A DNA stretch of 64,000 nt from an uncultured Pelagibacteraceae bacterium (GCA_902564295.1 CACFAO010000004.1:7907-71906), one strand, 5' to 3'; shown: positions 31,541 to 44,400, counted from the first letter of the stretch. Notes: a model not told the origin generated them from the letters alone. Numbers and translations are program-made.

Positions 31541-31975
31541 TTATCTATTTATCTGGGCGACAGCTAGTTTATCAGCAATTTCATTTCCGTAATCACCTGA
31601 ATGACCTTTTACCCACTCCCATTTAATCGAGTGTTTATTGGTCAGATTGTCTAATTCAACCCAAAGATCTTTATTTTTTACGTCTTTTTTTTGTGCGGTC
31701 TTCCAATTATTGGTTTTCCACTTTTTTATCCACTCCTGAATACCTTGCATGACATACTTTGAGTCTGTGAAAATTATTATGTCTCTTTTTTCATTAAGAT
31801 AATCTAAAGCATAAATAACTGCTTTTAATTCCATTCTGTTGTTTGTGGTGTTGTTTTCAGATCCACTTAACTCAATTTTCTTATCATCAATTTCAATGTA
31901 AGCTCCCCAACCTCCATTGCCCGGATTGCCTGAGCAAGCTCCATCGGTGTACATAACAACCTTTTTAGAGGCCAT
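31541..31975 (-). CDS. rnhA: Ribonuclease HI
   Basis: 144 aa. Contains YTDGACSGNPGNGGWG, TNNRMEL, TDSKY and WEWVKGHSG..GNE.AD. Confidence 0.95.
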   Translation of the reverse strand: MASKKVVMYTDGACSGNPGNGGWGAYIEIDDKKIELSGSENNTTNNRMELKAVIYALDYLNEKRDIIIFTDSKYVMQGIQEWIKKWKTNNWKTAQKKDVKNKDLWVELDNLTNKHSIKWEWVKGHSGDYGNEIADKLAVAQINR

Positions 31976-32927
31976 ATTCGCCTACTTTTTTAACGGATTG
32001 GTGAAATTGGAGTTTAGTGAGATACTCATTAGGGTCCTTTCTAAGGATCAGTTCATTGTCATCATGAGAATAATAATGGATTAAACGAGTTAGTAGATAC
32101 CTTAGAGATGATGCTCTTGTAAGAAGAGGTAAAGCTTTCTTTTCTTCCTCTGAAAATTCTCGCAACTGATTGTAACTGCCCAATAAATGTTTTGCTTTTG
32201 TTGGATTGAATTCGTTATTATTTGGCTCAAAACACCATGCATTTAGACAGATAGCAATTTCGTAAGCATAATAATCAGTGCATGCAAAATAAAAATCTAT
32301 GATACCTGTAACCTCATTACCATCAAAAAAAATATTATCTGGAAAAAGATCTGCATGAATTATACCTGAAGGTAAACTATGACCAAGGTTTCCAGTCAGG
32401 AAAGTATATTCTTCATTGATTAAATCAATTACTTGAGCGTCTATTTTATCGTCAAAATTTTTTAAAGCTTGAATTAAGCTGTTGAGGTTTACAAATCCAA
32501 GCTCATTTTCTCTAGTCATTTCAAGTCTAGCTGATTCTTTATGCATTCTTGCGATAGTGGAACCCAAAGATGCACAGTGTATTGGTTTAATTTGATCTAT
32601 TGACCTGCCTTTTAAGAACGATGTGATTACAGCTTTCTTATTTTGAATTGAGTTGGAATAATTTCCTTTTTTATCTTGTATTACCTCAGGGCACTTTACA
32701 TTGTTTTTATTCAAATGATTCATTAGATCAAAAAAGAATTGAAGGTTATCCTGATTTGTTCTTTCTTCAAAAATTGTAAGTATGTAATTTTTTTCTAGAG
32801 TCTTTAGTAAATAATTTGAATTAGAAGTTCCACCTTTTATACCTGAAAATTCAAGAATATTTTCAATACTATAGTGATCAGTAAAAAGATCCAATTCTTC
32901 TCTAGATATGTGCGTATAGACTGCCAT
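31965..32927 (-). CDS. thrB: Homoserine kinase, type II (APH/choline-kinase fold ThrB)
   Basis: 320 aa. MAVYT start, GTSNSNY and GIIHADLFPDNIFF (Brenner-type kinase motif). The thrB-rnhA adjacency is common in Alphaproteobacteria. Confidence 0.85.
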   Translation of the reverse strand: MAVYTHISREELDLFTDHYSIENILEFSGIKGGTSNSNYLLKTLEKNYILTIFEERTNQDNLQFFFDLMNHLNKNNVKCPEVIQDKKGNYSNSIQNKKAVITSFLKGRSIDQIKPIHCASLGSTIARMHKESARLEMTRENELGFVNLNSLIQALKNFDDKIDAQVIDLINEEYTFLTGNLGHSLPSGIIHADLFPDNIFFDGNEVTGIIDFYFACTDYYAYEIAICLNAWCFEPNNNEFNPTKAKHLLGSYNQLREFSEEEKKALPLLTRASSLRYLLTRLIHYYSHDDNELILRKDPNEYLTKLQFHQSVKKVGEYGL

Positions 32928-32967
32928 AATTTATTTATAGCTTAGAAAGAGAGATATAAATAATAAA

Positions 32968-33462
32968 TTATACCTTAAGTTTATTTATTTGATCGATTGA
33001 TTGATTTACAAGCTTATCTGCACTTTGGTCGTTGATGTTTTCCGAGATAATTTTCTCAGCAATATTTACTGAGTTATTTACAATCTCATCATTAACTTTT
33101 GATATAGCCATTTTTTCAGCCCTTGATATCTTTTCTATGGCTTGTTGTTCGGCTCTTTTAATAAATTCTTCTGCTTTTAACTTTGACTCTTCTTCGTGAT
33201 TCTTTGCAATTTCCTTTGCTTGATCAATAATTGCCTTTGCTTCCTTATCAGCAGACTGAACCTTTCTCTCGTAATCAGCTAAAAGAGAATTTGCTTCTTC
33301 TTTTAATTTTCTGGCATTATCTAACTCAGATTTGATTTTATCAATTTCACCATCAAGCAGTTTCGCAATCATTGATGGCGCTTTGATTACAAGCGCAATT
33401 ATGACAAATATTATAAAGGCTACTAATACCCAAGACGATGGATCTGAAAAGAATGATGACAT
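32968..33462 (-). CDS. atpF: ATP synthase F0 subunit b
   Basis: 164 aa. One N-terminal TM helix, then a long charged helix. It is the last gene of the atpI-B-E-F'-F order. Confidence 0.85.
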   Translation of the reverse strand: MSSFFSDPSSWVLVAFIIFVIIALVIKAPSMIAKLLDGEIDKIKSELDNARKLKEEANSLLADYERKVQSADKEAKAIIDQAKEIAKNHEEESKLKAEEFIKRAEQQAIEKISRAEKMAISKVNDEIVNNSVNIAEKIISENINDQSADKLVNQSIDQINKLKV

Positions 33463-33478
33463 TAAATACTTCCTAGCA

Positions 33479-34030
33479 TTAGTTTAATTTCTTATTTATT
33501 TCCTCATCTGAAGGAATATTTTCAATATATCTTGATATTATAGCTTTAACGGTATCTACCGTTGCATTTCTTATTTCAATCTTAGATTTTTCTTCTTGAG
33601 CTTTTATTTTAGCTTGAGACTCAGAGATTAGGGAGTTTACTTTTTCTTCATTTTCTTTTTTAAGCATTTCTAAATGATCAAGCATTGCTTTTTTAGAATT
33701 AGTAATAATCTCATTTGATTCTTGTGATGCACTTGCCATTTGCTCATCATATTTTTTTAATATATCAGTTGCTTCTGTATTAAGATTATCAGCATCATTG
33801 ATGTCATTTGAAATCTTATCTCTTCTTTCTTCAATTGTTGCACCTAACCTTGGTATTACAAATTTCCACATGAACAGGTATAAAAGTGAAAACGTAATTA
33901 CAAGCCAAAATAATTGAGATGGAAATGTAGCAATATCCATCTGCGGAAGACCAGCAGATTTCTGGCCCTCTGCAGCATATGCAAAATTAATTGGCGCAGT
34001 TGATAGAAAAGCTTTTAATAAGATTTTCAC
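33479..34030 (-). CDS. atpF2: ATP synthase F0 subunit b' (second b-type subunit)
   Basis: 183 aa. GLPQMD...FPSQLFWLVITF is typical of alphaproteobacterial b'. It has a TM helix plus a coiled helix. Confidence 0.85.
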   Translation of the reverse strand: MKILLKAFLSTAPINFAYAAEGQKSAGLPQMDIATFPSQLFWLVITFSLLYLFMWKFVIPRLGATIEERRDKISNDINDADNLNTEATDILKKYDEQMASASQESNEIITNSKKAMLDHLEMLKKENEEKVNSLISESQAKIKAQEEKSKIEIRNATVDTVKAIISRYIENIPSDEEINKKLN

Positions 34031-34035
34031 TTTTC

Positions 34036-35027
<992 letters not shown>

Positions 35028-35038
35028 CGATATATTTT

Positions 35039-35338
35039 TTAGTTATTTTGAAGACTTTTTGCAACCCTAAAAACGTTAAGAATTCCTGCTGCACTACCTA
35101 AGAGAAAGAAAATTAATGTGAAGATGGGTCTTGTATTAAAATAATTGTCAATCAGCAAACCAATTCCTAGTCCAACAGCCATTGCTGCGACAATTTCAAC
35201 CACCACTTTCATGATTTTACCGAATGGTTTGGGGGCTTTAGCTTCTTTAATAGACTGGCCTTCTTTTGCTTTTTTTATTCTATTTTCAAGAGAATTAGCA
35301 TCATTATTCATCTTCAATATACTAGGCAACAGCTCCAA
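35039..35338 (-). CDS. atpI: AtpI/AtpZ-like small membrane protein preceding the F0 genes
   Basis: Two hydrophobic helices (VVEIVAAMAVGLGIGLLI and IFTLIFFLLGSAAGIL), located directly upstream of atpB. An alternative start at M10 (35311) would remove the 17-nt overlap with smc. Confidence 0.65.
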   Translation of the reverse strand: MELLPSILKMNNDANSLENRIKKAKEGQSIKEAKAPKPFGKIMKVVVEIVAAMAVGLGIGLLIDNYFNTRPIFTLIFFLLGSAAGILNVFRVAKSLQNN

Positions 35339-37913
35339 TCTCTTCAGCTTTTTTAAGATCTACAGAAACAATTTGACTGACTCCTCGTTCAGCCATAGTT
35401 ACTCCAAACAATCTATCCATTCTCGACATTGTGAGCGCGTGGTGAGTTATAATTAAGAACTTGGTATTCGTTTTTTCTGTAATGTCATCTAAAAGACCAC
35501 AAAATCTATCGACGTTTGCGTCATCCAGTGGCGCATCAACCTCATCAAGTACACAAATTGGCGAAGGATTTGTTAAAAATACAGCGAAGATTAGAGATAA
35601 TGCTGTTAGTGCCTGTTCCCCACCAGATAACAATGACATTGACTGAAGTTTTTTACCTGGTGGACTTACCATCATTTCAAGCCCCGCTTCAAGTGGATCA
35701 TCAGAGTCTATAAGTTCAAGGTGCGCTTTTCCACCGTTAAATAATTTTACAAAAACTTCTTTGAAATGTGTGTTTACAGTTTTAAACGCTCCAAGCAGTC
35801 TTGTTCTACCTTCTTTATTTAAATCTTCTATAGACTCCCTCATTTTTTTGATTGCGTTTCCTAAATCTTCTTTTTCAGTGGTCATTTTTTCAAGCTCTTC
35901 ATCTATTTCTTTTGTTTCCAAATCTGCCCTTAGATTCACAGCACCCATTGTTTCACGCTGCTGCTTAAGTCGATCAAGTCTCATCTCAGTTCTTTCGAGG
36001 TTAGCTCTCATAGTTTCAAGATCATCTGATATAGAGAGAGAATTTACAATTTCATTAGGAATACAATTAAATTTCTCTTTTGACTCGTATTCTAATTCTT
36101 TTAATCTTGACTCAGCTAATTCTTTTGTAGCTTCAGTTCTTCCCTTAGACTCTCTTATGTTAGCGAGATCATTTTGGGCTTTTCTTAAATTAGTCTCAAT
36201 TTTTTTTAATTCATTATCAGCTTCAGCTAAACGATCAGCTGCAAACTGCCTTTCTGTCTCTGCAAAGCCTTTTGTTTCAATTAATTGACCTCTTCTCTGG
36301 GCAATTTCTTCTGGCCGATTAGAGATTTTCTCTAGCTCTTGCTCAGTTTTTATTTTTCTTTTTTGCAATGTTTCGATTTGTTCCTGAGATGACTTAATTG
36401 TTTTATTCAATCTCTGAAATTCATATGTCCAATCACTTTGTTTTTGTTCAACGTCTTTTTGTCTAAGTTTTTCTCTTAATTCCAATGATAATGTTGCTGC
36501 ATTTTTTGCCTCATTACTCACTCTGTCATAATTTGCCTTGGCTTCGTTTGAAATATTGCTTGCTTGATCCACTTTCTCACTAATTTCACCAAGATCATTA
36601 TAAAATTTTTGTTTAAATATATTTGTCCACTTCTCAGGATCATCATAACCCTCCACGTCTTTTAAAGTTGATTGCCTTGATTTCAAATTTTCTGCTTTAA
36701 TCAAAGTGTCTTGCCAATCATCTCTTTTAGAATTTTTAATCTGATTATATTGTTCTATTTGTTGCTCAAGATTTGAAATCTCTGTTTCCAAAGTATCCTT
36801 TTCTGACTTAAGTTGATCAATTGTTTCATTGTTTATCTCTTGAAACTCTTCATTATTAGAGAGATCTTTTCTTGCATTTAGTAAATCAAGATCTTTTTTA
36901 GCATCTTCCAGTTGAAACTGCTCCCTCTCACTATCGCTAATTATTTGTTGAATCACGTTTTCAAGATTTCTTTTTTCTTCTTTTATTCGTTCTTCCTCAT
37001 GATCTAATGACTCTCTCTCAAGATTAATACGATTTAATTTTGCCGCAGACTCAATCTCTTTATCTCTTAAAGGCTTAATTTTCTCATTGGCTCTTAATTG
37101 TTCATTGGTAGCCTGAGTTAATTGCAACGTAAATTTTTGGATCTGAGACTCACTTGATCTTAAATTCTCATCTGACTTTTCATAAGATTCTTTTAAAGAT
37201 GTCCACTTTAGGAATAGAACGATGCCTTCTAATTTGTTAATTTCAGAAGATACTGAGCGGTAGGTTTCAGCTTGTTCAGCTTGTTTTTTAAGACTATTGA
37301 TTTGATTATTTAATTGTTTCATCAAATCCTTAACCCTTTGTAGATTAGTTTCTGCGCCTTTCAATTTTAGCTCTGCTTCATGTCTTCGCGAATGTAACCC
37401 AGATATTCCTGCCGCTTCTTCTAGTACGGAGCGTCTATCTATAGGTTTAGCATTTATTAATGAACCTACGCGTCCCTGGCTGATCAAAGATGGAGAATGA
37501 GCTCCTGTAGACAAATCTGCGAATAATCGTTGTACATCTCTGGCTCTAACGTCTTTACCATTAATTTTATAATCTGATCCCTTTTCAACTTCTATTTTTC
37601 TTTTAACTTGAATTTCAGTTTGATCATTAAATTCAGACGGCGCATTTCTTTCCTCATTATCAAGATAGATTGTTACTTCAGCATTATTTCTCGCTGGTCT
37701 ATCTGATGTACCAGAAAAAATTACATCTTCCATTCCTGAACCCCTCATGCTTTTTGCAGAGGTTTCTCCCATACACCATCTTAGGGACTCAACAACATTT
37801 GATTTACCGCATCCATTAGGACCAACTATACCTGTTAAACCCTCATCGATGTCGATTTCAGTAGGATCAACAAATGATTTAAAACCTAGAATTTTTATTT
37901 TTTTAAATTTCAT
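35322..37913 (-). CDS. smc: SMC-family chromosome segregation ATPase, unusually short (863 aa), no recognisable hinge
   Basis: N-terminal head is FKSFVDPTEIDIDEGLTGIVGPNGCGKSNVVESLRWCMGE (Walker A). C-terminal head has LSGGEQALTALSLIFAVF (signature) and ICVLDEVDAPLDDANV (Walker B). Everything between is heptad-rich and charged. Confidence 0.85.
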   Translation of the reverse strand: MKFKKIKILGFKSFVDPTEIDIDEGLTGIVGPNGCGKSNVVESLRWCMGETSAKSMRGSGMEDVIFSGTSDRPARNNAEVTIYLDNEERNAPSEFNDQTEIQVKRKIEVEKGSDYKINGKDVRARDVQRLFADLSTGAHSPSLISQGRVGSLINAKPIDRRSVLEEAAGISGLHSRRHEAELKLKGAETNLQRVKDLMKQLNNQINSLKKQAEQAETYRSVSSEINKLEGIVLFLKWTSLKESYEKSDENLRSSESQIQKFTLQLTQATNEQLRANEKIKPLRDKEIESAAKLNRINLERESLDHEEERIKEEKRNLENVIQQIISDSEREQFQLEDAKKDLDLLNARKDLSNNEEFQEINNETIDQLKSEKDTLETEISNLEQQIEQYNQIKNSKRDDWQDTLIKAENLKSRQSTLKDVEGYDDPEKWTNIFKQKFYNDLGEISEKVDQASNISNEAKANYDRVSNEAKNAATLSLELREKLRQKDVEQKQSDWTYEFQRLNKTIKSSQEQIETLQKRKIKTEQELEKISNRPEEIAQRRGQLIETKGFAETERQFAADRLAEADNELKKIETNLRKAQNDLANIRESKGRTEATKELAESRLKELEYESKEKFNCIPNEIVNSLSISDDLETMRANLERTEMRLDRLKQQRETMGAVNLRADLETKEIDEELEKMTTEKEDLGNAIKKMRESIEDLNKEGRTRLLGAFKTVNTHFKEVFVKLFNGGKAHLELIDSDDPLEAGLEMMVSPPGKKLQSMSLLSGGEQALTALSLIFAVFLTNPSPICVLDEVDAPLDDANVDRFCGLLDDITEKTNTKFLIITHHALTMSRMDRLFGVTMAERGVSQIVSVDLKKAEEIGAVA

Positions 37914-38590
37914 TAATTAATTTCTTTTTCAATTATTTCATCAAATTCATTAATCGACATATTACCTGCATAAATTTCACCATTGATTATGAAAGTTGGA
38001 GTTGAAGATATATCATACTCCTCAACACCCTCTATACGCTGCTCCAGAATAAAATCAGTAATATTCTCATTTTCCATACAGCTATTAAACGCCTCCTCAG
38101 ATAAGCCAAATAGGGCCCCGTAATTCTTGAGTGCATTAGTGCTATTTTCTAATACTTTATCGCTCTGATTAGTTACAATCCATTTTTTTTGGTCTTTTAA
38201 CAAAATTTTGTCCATAGCAAAAAAATCATTTTCATCAACACAATGAAGTAATTTAAAAGCGTTAAGATCAATCGCATTGAGAGCGAAAGGTCTCAATTCA
38301 AAATTCACTTTTCCTTTATCGATATAATTTTCTTTAATTTCTGCAAAGGTATCATTGCTAAAGTCGGCGCAATGACTGCAAGTGAGTGATCTGTATTCAA
38401 TAATTTTCACAGGTGCATTGCTATCACCTAACTGCATCCCCTTTAATGTACTGCTGGCAAGCAATTCATTAATTGGAAACATCAATGCAAATAGAAATAC
38501 AATAAAACTAGTACTGACCAAAAAATTAGATTTAAAAGCCATATTTTGCTTGTTTTTTTTATATATATACAACATGTTGAATATACTCAA
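37913..38590 (-). CDS. DsbA-family periplasmic thiol:disulfide oxidoreductase
   Basis: CSHC active site within a thioredoxin fold. The signal-peptide-like MAFKSNFLVSTSFIVFLFALMF suggests the true start is M17 (38542). Confidence 0.8.
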   Translation of the reverse strand: MSIFNMLYIYKKNKQNMAFKSNFLVSTSFIVFLFALMFPINELLASSTLKGMQLGDSNAPVKIIEYRSLTCSHCADFSNDTFAEIKENYIDKGKVNFELRPFALNAIDLNAFKLLHCVDENDFFAMDKILLKDQKKWIVTNQSDKVLENSTNALKNYGALFGLSEEAFNSCMENENITDFILEQRIEGVEEYDISSTPTFIINGEIYAGNMSINEFDEIIEKEIN

Positions 38591-38650
38591 TTTTTCCTTA
38601 TTTTAATAGGATTTATTACTCTTATGAAGTAGCAGAAAATTTTGTTTGAA

Positions 38651-39118
38651 TTAGGACTTTAAAATTTTTGAAGCGATCTTTTCAAAGTTTCTTTTAAGAT
38701 CAGGATATTTTTTTAGTGCATCATAATTCTTACTTTGACTCTTAATATCACTTTCTAATTTATTGATTTTAATTGCTTTTTTAACTTTAATTGATGCTTG
38801 TATTATTTCAACTTTGTTGATTACTTCATAGCCAAAAAAAAGATTAATTTTTTTAATTATTTTCTCTCGCTCGTGCTCAAACGCAAAAGCCATACTTCTA
38901 TCAACTTTAACAATTAATTTACCATTATTTTTTTCACCACTCTTACCTATTTTAAGCCTTAAGGGGACAGTTAATTTTGCAAATTTTTTACCCACAATTC
39001 TCTCCCAATTTGCTAAGAGTTCTAACTCAGAAAAACCTCTTGATTTAAGCATTTTCTTTGCTTCTTCTGGAAGAAGATTTGATAATATTTGAGGACCTCT
39101 TAATTTCTTTTGAAACAT
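38651..39118 (-). CDS. DUF721 (DciA-like) protein
   Basis: Start taken at M30 (ATG at 39118) rather than the tracked 39205. LSNLLPEEAKKMLKSRGFSELELLANWERIVGKKFAKLTVPLRLK matches the DUF721 pattern. It is divergent from mutY, as in many Alphaproteobacteria. Confidence 0.6.
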   Translation of the reverse strand: MFQKKLRGPQILSNLLPEEAKKMLKSRGFSELELLANWERIVGKKFAKLTVPLRLKIGKSGEKNNGKLIVKVDRSMAFAFEHEREKIIKKINLFFGYEVINKVEIIQASIKVKKAIKINKLESDIKSQSKNYDALKKYPDLKRNFEKIASKILKS

Positions 39119-39138
39119 AAAAATAAAGTAACACGAAA

Positions 39139-41334
<2,196 letters not shown>

Positions 41335-41353
41335 AATGACTTAATTTATTTTC

Positions 41354-41968
41354 TTAATTCAATATATTGTAGACGGGTTTGAAACTTTTTCGATGGATAG
41401 GGGTAATTCCATGAGATTTCAGAGCCAAAAGGTGCTCTTTTGTTCCATATCCTGAATTTTTTTCGAATGAATATTCAGGATATCTGTCAGCAAGATTGGT
41501 CATAATCTTATCCCTGTAAACTTTAGCTAGAATTGAAGCTGCAGCAATTGAAATTGATTTACTGTCACCTTTAACAATTGGTTTGCATGTTAAATCAACT
41601 TTAGGCGTATATATTCCATCAATAAGAGACATTGATGGTACTATTTTTAGAGACTCAATAGCTCTTTTCATTGCAAGTAATGATGCTTGTAAAATATTTA
41701 AATTATCAATTTCTTCTACTGACGCCTCTCCATACGCATAATGACTATTTAATCTAATTTTATCTGCAATTATTTCTCTTTTATTTTTTGATATTTTTTT
41801 TGAATCCCTTATACCTTCAGGAAGGTTGTTTTTGTCCAAAATTACTGCTGCTGCCACAACTGGTCCCGCTAAAGGACCTCGTCCTACCTCATCAACACCA
41901 GCAACTGGACAATTAAAATTTTTTTCAAAATCCAACAAATTGATTTGATCGTTATAATTATGACTCAA
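41354..41968 (-). CDS. rnhB: Ribonuclease HII
   Basis: 204 aa. Contains GVDEVGRGPLAGPVVAAAV, DSKK and ASILAKV motifs. Confidence 0.93.
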   Translation of the reverse strand: MSHNYNDQINLLDFEKNFNCPVAGVDEVGRGPLAGPVVAAAVILDKNNLPEGIRDSKKISKNKREIIADKIRLNSHYAYGEASVEEIDNLNILQASLLAMKRAIESLKIVPSMSLIDGIYTPKVDLTCKPIVKGDSKSISIAAASILAKVYRDKIMTNLADRYPEYSFEKNSGYGTKEHLLALKSHGITPIHRKSFKPVYNILN

Positions 41969-42713
41969 CTTTTTTCTTAAGACTTTTTAAGTCCTCCCAA
42001 GAATATTTTTTTTGTCCAGGTTGCCTTAATAAAAAAGCTGGGTGAAAAGTGGGTAGGGCGGTATATTGTTTTTTATTAATTTCAATATCTACCCATTTAC
42101 CCCTAATCTTTGTTATTCCTTCAGTATTTCTAATAAGTGCATAAGTCGCTGTTGATCCTAATAGCAATATTGCTTTGGGATTAATCAACTCTATGTGTTT
42201 CTTAATCATTGGCAGACACATATCTATTTCTTCATCAGTGGGCCGTCTGTTATTAGGAGGTCTCCAAGGTACAATATTTGCAATATATACCTTTTCTCGA
42301 TTTAGGTTTATCGCCTCAAGCATTTTATCTAAAAGTTTACCACTTCTTCCAACAAAAGGTTTTCCTTGAATATCCTCATCATGACCAGGAGCTTCACCAA
42401 TAAGCATAATTTCTGATTTTGGGTTTCCATCAGAAAACACCATATTCGTTGCACTTTCGCGAAGCTTACATTTATTAAAATTTGCCATGAAGTCTTTTAA
42501 TGAATCTAATGATTCTAATGAGCTGATAGTTTTTTGGTCTTCAATCTGTGAGTTATTAACAGACATAGTACTTTCGCTAGTTTTTGATTTCGATGATTTG
42601 CTTGCTCCGTAGCGATTTTTTGGCGTATTTCCAATGTTTTCATTCACCCCACTCATTTTAAGGTGGTTGAGATGCTTCAGTGTATTTTGAATTTTTGCAT
42701 TGGTCATAAACAA
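41958..42713 (-). CDS. Family 4 uracil-DNA glycosylase with an N-terminal extension
   Basis: Core motifs are GEAPGHDEDIQGKPFVGRSGKLL and HPAFLLR. They are preceded by about 75 aa of Ser/Asn-rich sequence. Confidence 0.85.
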   Translation of the reverse strand: MFMTNAKIQNTLKHLNHLKMSGVNENIGNTPKNRYGASKSSKSKTSESTMSVNNSQIEDQKTISSLESLDSLKDFMANFNKCKLRESATNMVFSDGNPKSEIMLIGEAPGHDEDIQGKPFVGRSGKLLDKMLEAINLNREKVYIANIVPWRPPNNRRPTDEEIDMCLPMIKKHIELINPKAILLLGSTATYALIRNTEGITKIRGKWVDIEINKKQYTALPTFHPAFLLRQPGQKKYSWEDLKSLKKKVES

Positions 42714-42753
42714 ATTGAATTATAGTACCTATAAACTAAATATATAGTTAATA

Positions 42754-44400
42754 ATGGATACTATTCAGCAAAGAGAATCAATGGAGTACGATGTTGTAAT
42801 CGTGGGTGCAGGTCCTTCAGGGCTTTCCACTGCGATAAGGCTCAAACAAATTAATCCAGAAACTAATGTTTGTATTGTAGAAAAAGCATCTGAGGTAGGT
42901 GCTCATATTTTGAGTGGAAACGTCTTTGAAACCAGGGCATTAGATGAACTACTCCCAGACTGGAAAAATATGGAGGATTGTCCTCTTAAAACTAAAGTTA
43001 CAAAAGAAAAACTTCTTTTTCTGTTTGAAAAATCTCACATCACTGTTCCTTCGTTTTTGTTGCCACCTGTTCAGCACAACAAAGGAAACTATATCGCAAG
43101 TCTTGCTAACATGTGCAGATGGTTAGGACAAATTGCAGAAAATTTAGGTGTTGAAATTTATCCTGGATTCGCAGCATCTGAAATTCTTTATGATGATCAA
43201 GGTAAAGTCCGAGGCGTGGCTACAAATGACATGGGATTGGATGCAAATAATGAAAAAAAAGACTCTTATGAGCCTGGAATAGAACTGCATGCAAAAACAA
43301 CTGTATTCGCTGAGGGTTGTAGAGGCCATTTAGGAAAACAACTTATAAAAAAATTTGACCTTGCAAAAAACTCTGACCCACAACAATATGGCATTGGTTT
43401 AAAAGAAATCTGGGAAGTGCCAAAAGAGAATCATGACGAGGGATTAGTTTTTCACTCAGTTGGTTGGCCATTAGACAATAATACATACGGTGGAAGTTTT
43501 GTTTACCACGCGGAAAATAATCAAATATTTCTAGGTTACGTAGTTGGACTTGATTACAAGAATCCTTATTTGTCACCTTTTGAAGAATTTCAAAGATTTA
43601 AAACACATCCAGCAATAAAAAAGATGTTAAGTGGCGGTAAAAGAGTATCCTACGGTGCCAGAGCATTGATCGAGGGTGGCATACAAAGTCTACCTCAGAT
43701 GTACATGCCAGGGGCACTGTTGATAGGCTGTGACGCTGGAACATTAAATATGCCGAAGATCAAAGGAACTCATACCGCTATGAAGAGTGGAATGATTGCG
43801 GCTGAAGCAATCAATGAGTTTCTATCTAATTCAGTTCAGGATCTATCTAATTATGAGGATTTATTTAAGAAAAGTTGGGTTTATGAAGAGCTTCAATTAG
43901 CAAGAAATGTAAAACCTTTCTTTACAAGATTTGGAAACATACTAGGAATTCTGTTAACAGGTATCGATCAATTCATATTTAGGGGAAGACTTCCATTCAC
44001 ACTATCACATAAACATGCCGACCACGAAACACTCGAAAATGCAAAAGATGCCAATATAATAAATTACCCGAAACCAGATGGTATTTTAACTTTTGACAAG
44101 GCTAGTTCGGTATTTCTCACCGGAACTTATCATGCAGAAAATCAGCCTGTGCATCTTCAATTAAAAGATACAGAATTACCTATTAGTTATACACTGGATA
44201 AGTTTGACGAACCTTCTCAAAGGTACTGTCCAGTGGGTGTTTATGAAGTTCATAGAAATGATGATGGTTCAGATCCAAAATTTGTAATTAATAGTCAGAA
44301 CTGCATACATTGCAAAACATGTGATATTAAAGAACCGTCTCAAAACATAAATTGGGTAACACCAGAGGGTGGCGGTGGCCCAAAATATGCAAATATGTAA
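42754..44400 (+). CDS. Electron-transfer flavoprotein:ubiquinone oxidoreductase
   Basis: 548 aa. YDVVIVGAGPSGLSTA FAD site. The C-terminal 4Fe-4S region is RYCPVGVYE...NCIHCKTCDIKEP...W..PEGGGGP.Y..M. Confidence 0.93.
   Translation: MDTIQQRESMEYDVVIVGAGPSGLSTAIRLKQINPETNVCIVEKASEVGAHILSGNVFETRALDELLPDWKNMEDCPLKTKVTKEKLLFLFEKSHITVPSFLLPPVQHNKGNYIASLANMCRWLGQIAENLGVEIYPGFAASEILYDDQGKVRGVATNDMGLDANNEKKDSYEPGIELHAKTTVFAEGCRGHLGKQLIKKFDLAKNSDPQQYGIGLKEIWEVPKENHDEGLVFHSVGWPLDNNTYGGSFVYHAENNQIFLGYVVGLDYKNPYLSPFEEFQRFKTHPAIKKMLSGGKRVSYGARALIEGGIQSLPQMYMPGALLIGCDAGTLNMPKIKGTHTAMKSGMIAAEAINEFLSNSVQDLSNYEDLFKKSWVYEELQLARNVKPFFTRFGNILGILLTGIDQFIFRGRLPFTLSHKHADHETLENAKDANIINYPKPDGILTFDKASSVFLTGTYHAENQPVHLQLKDTELPISYTLDKFDEPSQRYCPVGVYEVHRNDDGSDPKFVINSQNCIHCKTCDIKEPSQNINWVTPEGGGGPKYANM

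Noticed and set aside
35761-36288. 175-aa plus-strand ORF, with neighbours at 35461-35646 and 35516-35713, inside smc.
   Set aside because: It is antisense to Glu/Lys/Leu-rich coiled-coil codons, which yields Ser/Phe/Leu-rich open frames by composition. No independent signals are present.
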